A program made the translations under genes and the position numbers. Positions 62,529 through 64,000 of a stretch of DNA of 64,000 nt are shown here, piece by piece. Origin of the DNA: Verrucomicrobiia bacterium (lineage in GTDB: Bacteria > Verrucomicrobiota > Verrucomicrobiia > Limisphaerales > Palsa-1400); NCBI GenBank assembly GCA_036268455.1, contig DATAUD010000119.1:21155-85154 (forward strand), read 5' to 3'. The notes below the pieces were generated by a model that was given only the letters and a program-made list of their open reading frames with translations, had not been told where the DNA came from and made no database searches. How positions within the stretch are numbered: position 1 is the first letter of the stretch; each line of letters begins with the position of its first letter.

Positions 62529-62753
62529 GGTTAATTTGCGGCAGAGTTTTTTTACATCGGAACGCTACCCTAAAGCATCGGGTCGTCAAGCGAATTTGCG
62601 GGCGCTTGCGAATTTGACATTATAATGTTAAAAATCGCTTTCATTCGATAATCTTCTTGCAAATGGATTTGCCGGGCGATAAAACCGAATCAAAAGCGCG
62701 AAAGCGAAACCATAGCGTCCCCACATGAACTGAATATCTGAAAGGAATCATTT

Positions 62754-64000
62754 ATGCCTTCAAAAAAACCCGTAGTCCCGCTCCCCGGCAGTGAGCGCGC
62801 ATTGCGTTCCGGCTCAAAACTTATTGGGCCGGCCAATCCAAAAGATCAGGTCGAAGTGACGGTCCGGCTGCGATCGCGCAATAAAATGCCCGTTTCCGCC
62901 GACAAAATAGGAGCGTTGCCCCCGCTCAAACGAAAATATCTTAGCCGCGAGGCATTCGCCACTTCCTTCGGAGCGACCCCGGCGGACATTACCCTGGTCA
63001 AGGCGTTTGCGAAAAAGAGCAAGCTCGCCGTTGTGTCTGTCAATCCCGAGCAACGCAATGTCATTCTATCCGGCTCCGTCAAGGCGCTTAGTGATGCGTT
63101 CCAGGTCAAGTTGATGGAGTATGAAGACGCGCTGGGAAAATACCGCGGGCGCATCGGACGAATCCACTTGCCGGCCCAATTGGTTCCGATCGTGGAAGGA
63201 GTGTTTGGCCTGGACAATCGCCGCATGGCCCGCCCCCACATCGTCACGAAAGAGCGGGCAGGCGCGCCCGCGGCCAGTCACGGAACCACTTTCACCGCTT
63301 TGCAGGTTGCCCAGCTTTATGATTTTCCGGCTGGCCTCGATGGCAGCGGCGAATGTATCGGAATTCTCGAATTTGGCGGCGGCTACACTCAAGCGGACCT
63401 TGCAAAATATTTCGGACAACTCGGATTGGCGGTTCCCTCCATTACCAGCGTCGCTGTTGATGGCGTCAAAAACAGTCCCGGCGATCCCGACGCCGACCCC
63501 GAAGTGGCGCTCGATATTGAAGTGGCCGGCGCAATCGCGCCCGGCGCGAAGATCGTCGTTTACTTCGCGCCCTTTACTGAAAAAGGCTGGGTGGATGTCT
63601 TGACGACAGCGATTCATGACAGCAAGAACAAGCCTTCGGTCATTTCCATCAGTTGGGGTTTTGCGGAAGGAGAACCTGTGCAAGGGTTCGAATGGACCCC
63701 GCAAGCGGTGAAGGCCGTGAACCAGGCGTTACAGGCCGCCGCGGCAATGGGGGTCACAGTGTGTGTTGCCTCCGGCGACAACGGCTCCAGCGATGGAATC
63801 AATGATGGCCTTGCCCATGTCGATTTCCCGGCGTCCAGCCCATACACGCTTGGATGCGGCGGCACAAAATTGACGGCTGCCAATAACAAGATTCACAGCG
63901 AAGTGGTCTGGAATGAACAAGGCTCCGGCGGTGGTGGCGGCGTTAGCGCCATGAACCCGCTGCCAAGCTGGCAGACCGGCATCGTCCCCGAGTCCGTCAA
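62754..64000 (+). CDS. S53 family peptidase (sedolisin/kumamolisin-like) with pro-kumamolisin activation domain; 3' end cut by window edge
   Basis: Not in ORF track. ATG at 62754 with the frame open to 64000: MPSKKPVVPLPGSERALRSGSKLIGPANPKDQVEVTVRLR...QVAQLYDFPAGLDGSGECIGILEFGGGY...PEVALDIEVAGAIAPGAKIVVYFAP...SISWG...ASGDNGS...GGGGGVSAMNPLPSWQ. Confidence 0.85.
   Translation, partial: MPSKKPVVPLPGSERALRSGSKLIGPANPKDQVEVTVRLRSRNKMPVSADKIGALPPLKRKYLSREAFATSFGATPADITLVKAFAKKSKLAVVSVNPEQRNVILSGSVKALSDAFQVKLMEYEDALGKYRGRIGRIHLPAQLVPIVEGVFGLDNRRMARPHIVTKERAGAPAASHGTTFTALQVAQLYDFPAGLDGSGECIGILEFGGGYTQADLAKYFGQLGLAVPSITSVAVDGVKNSPGDPDADPEVALDIEVAGAIAPGAKIVVYFAPFTEKGWVDVLTTAIHDSKNKPSVISISWGFAEGEPVQGFEWTPQAVKAVNQALQAAAAMGVTVCVASGDNGSSDGINDGLAHVDFPASSPYTLGCGGTKLTAANNKIHSEVVWNEQGSGGGGGVSAMNPLPSWQTGIVPESV

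Noticed and set aside
62614-62626. Perfect TTGACA and TATAAT hexamers as a sigma-70 promoter
   Set aside because: They are separated by only 1 nt, which is incompatible with a functional -35/-10 pair. This is mentioned under the spacer finding instead.
1-64000. Scan for CRISPR arrays, IS elements, prophage or defence-island hallmarks
   Set aside because: I saw no regularly spaced direct repeats. I also saw no transposase, integrase, recombinase, restriction-modification, toxin-antitoxin or nuclease/helicase gene pairs. The only phage-like element is the isolated S74 chaperone domain at 14218..15042.

Overview
GC-rich 64-kb chromosomal window. The gene content points to the PVC superphylum, most likely Verrucomicrobiota: a PSCyt/DUF1549/DUF1553 + DUF1501 pair, an H-X9-DG pseudopilin, a giant autotransporter-associated beta-strand-repeat protein, Tat-signal Gfo/Idh/MocA oxidoreductases and several glycoside hydrolases. 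I call 53 protein-coding genes, one tRNA-Ala(CGC), a few hairpin terminators and several candidate regulatory sites. Two of the genes are cut by the window edges and are absent from the ORF track: a SYLF-domain gene at 1..400 and an S53 sedolisin at 62754..64000. I saw no rRNA, CRISPR array, transposase, integrase or phage structural module. Many track ORFs are antisense shadow ORFs or carry spurious N-terminal extensions, so starts were re-picked from signal peptides, domain boundaries and ATGA/TAATG overlaps. A housekeeping block holds ggt, metG, mtnP, a prolyl oligopeptidase and ndh. The rest is accessory and rich in signalling genes: 2 sigma-54 enhancer-binding response regulators, 5 histidine-kinase genes, 3 ECF sigma factors (2 fused to membrane or periplasmic domains). 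The most interesting leads are as follows. (1) Five intergenic GG-N10-GC sigma-54-type promoters in the correct orientation, including a back-to-back pair sharing TTGCAA(A) repeats. These sit next to a CHASE3 hybrid kinase -> duplicated REC-DHp kinase -> sigma-54 activator phosphorelay and appear to drive small stress-type envelope proteins. (2) A sigma-54 two-component system lying divergent from a CheY + triple-bactofilin operon, one bactofilin fused to a double zinc ribbon. (3) A secreted tail-fibre-like protein with a phage S74 intramolecular-chaperone domain, in a non-phage context. (4) A recurring CCCCG-UUUU-CGGGGAU hairpin family in short spacers 34-51 nt upstream of start codons. (5) Two uncharacterised helical proteins in an operon with a subtilase, divergent from a sedolisin. 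All functional calls rest on motif recognition by eye. No database search or computation was run.
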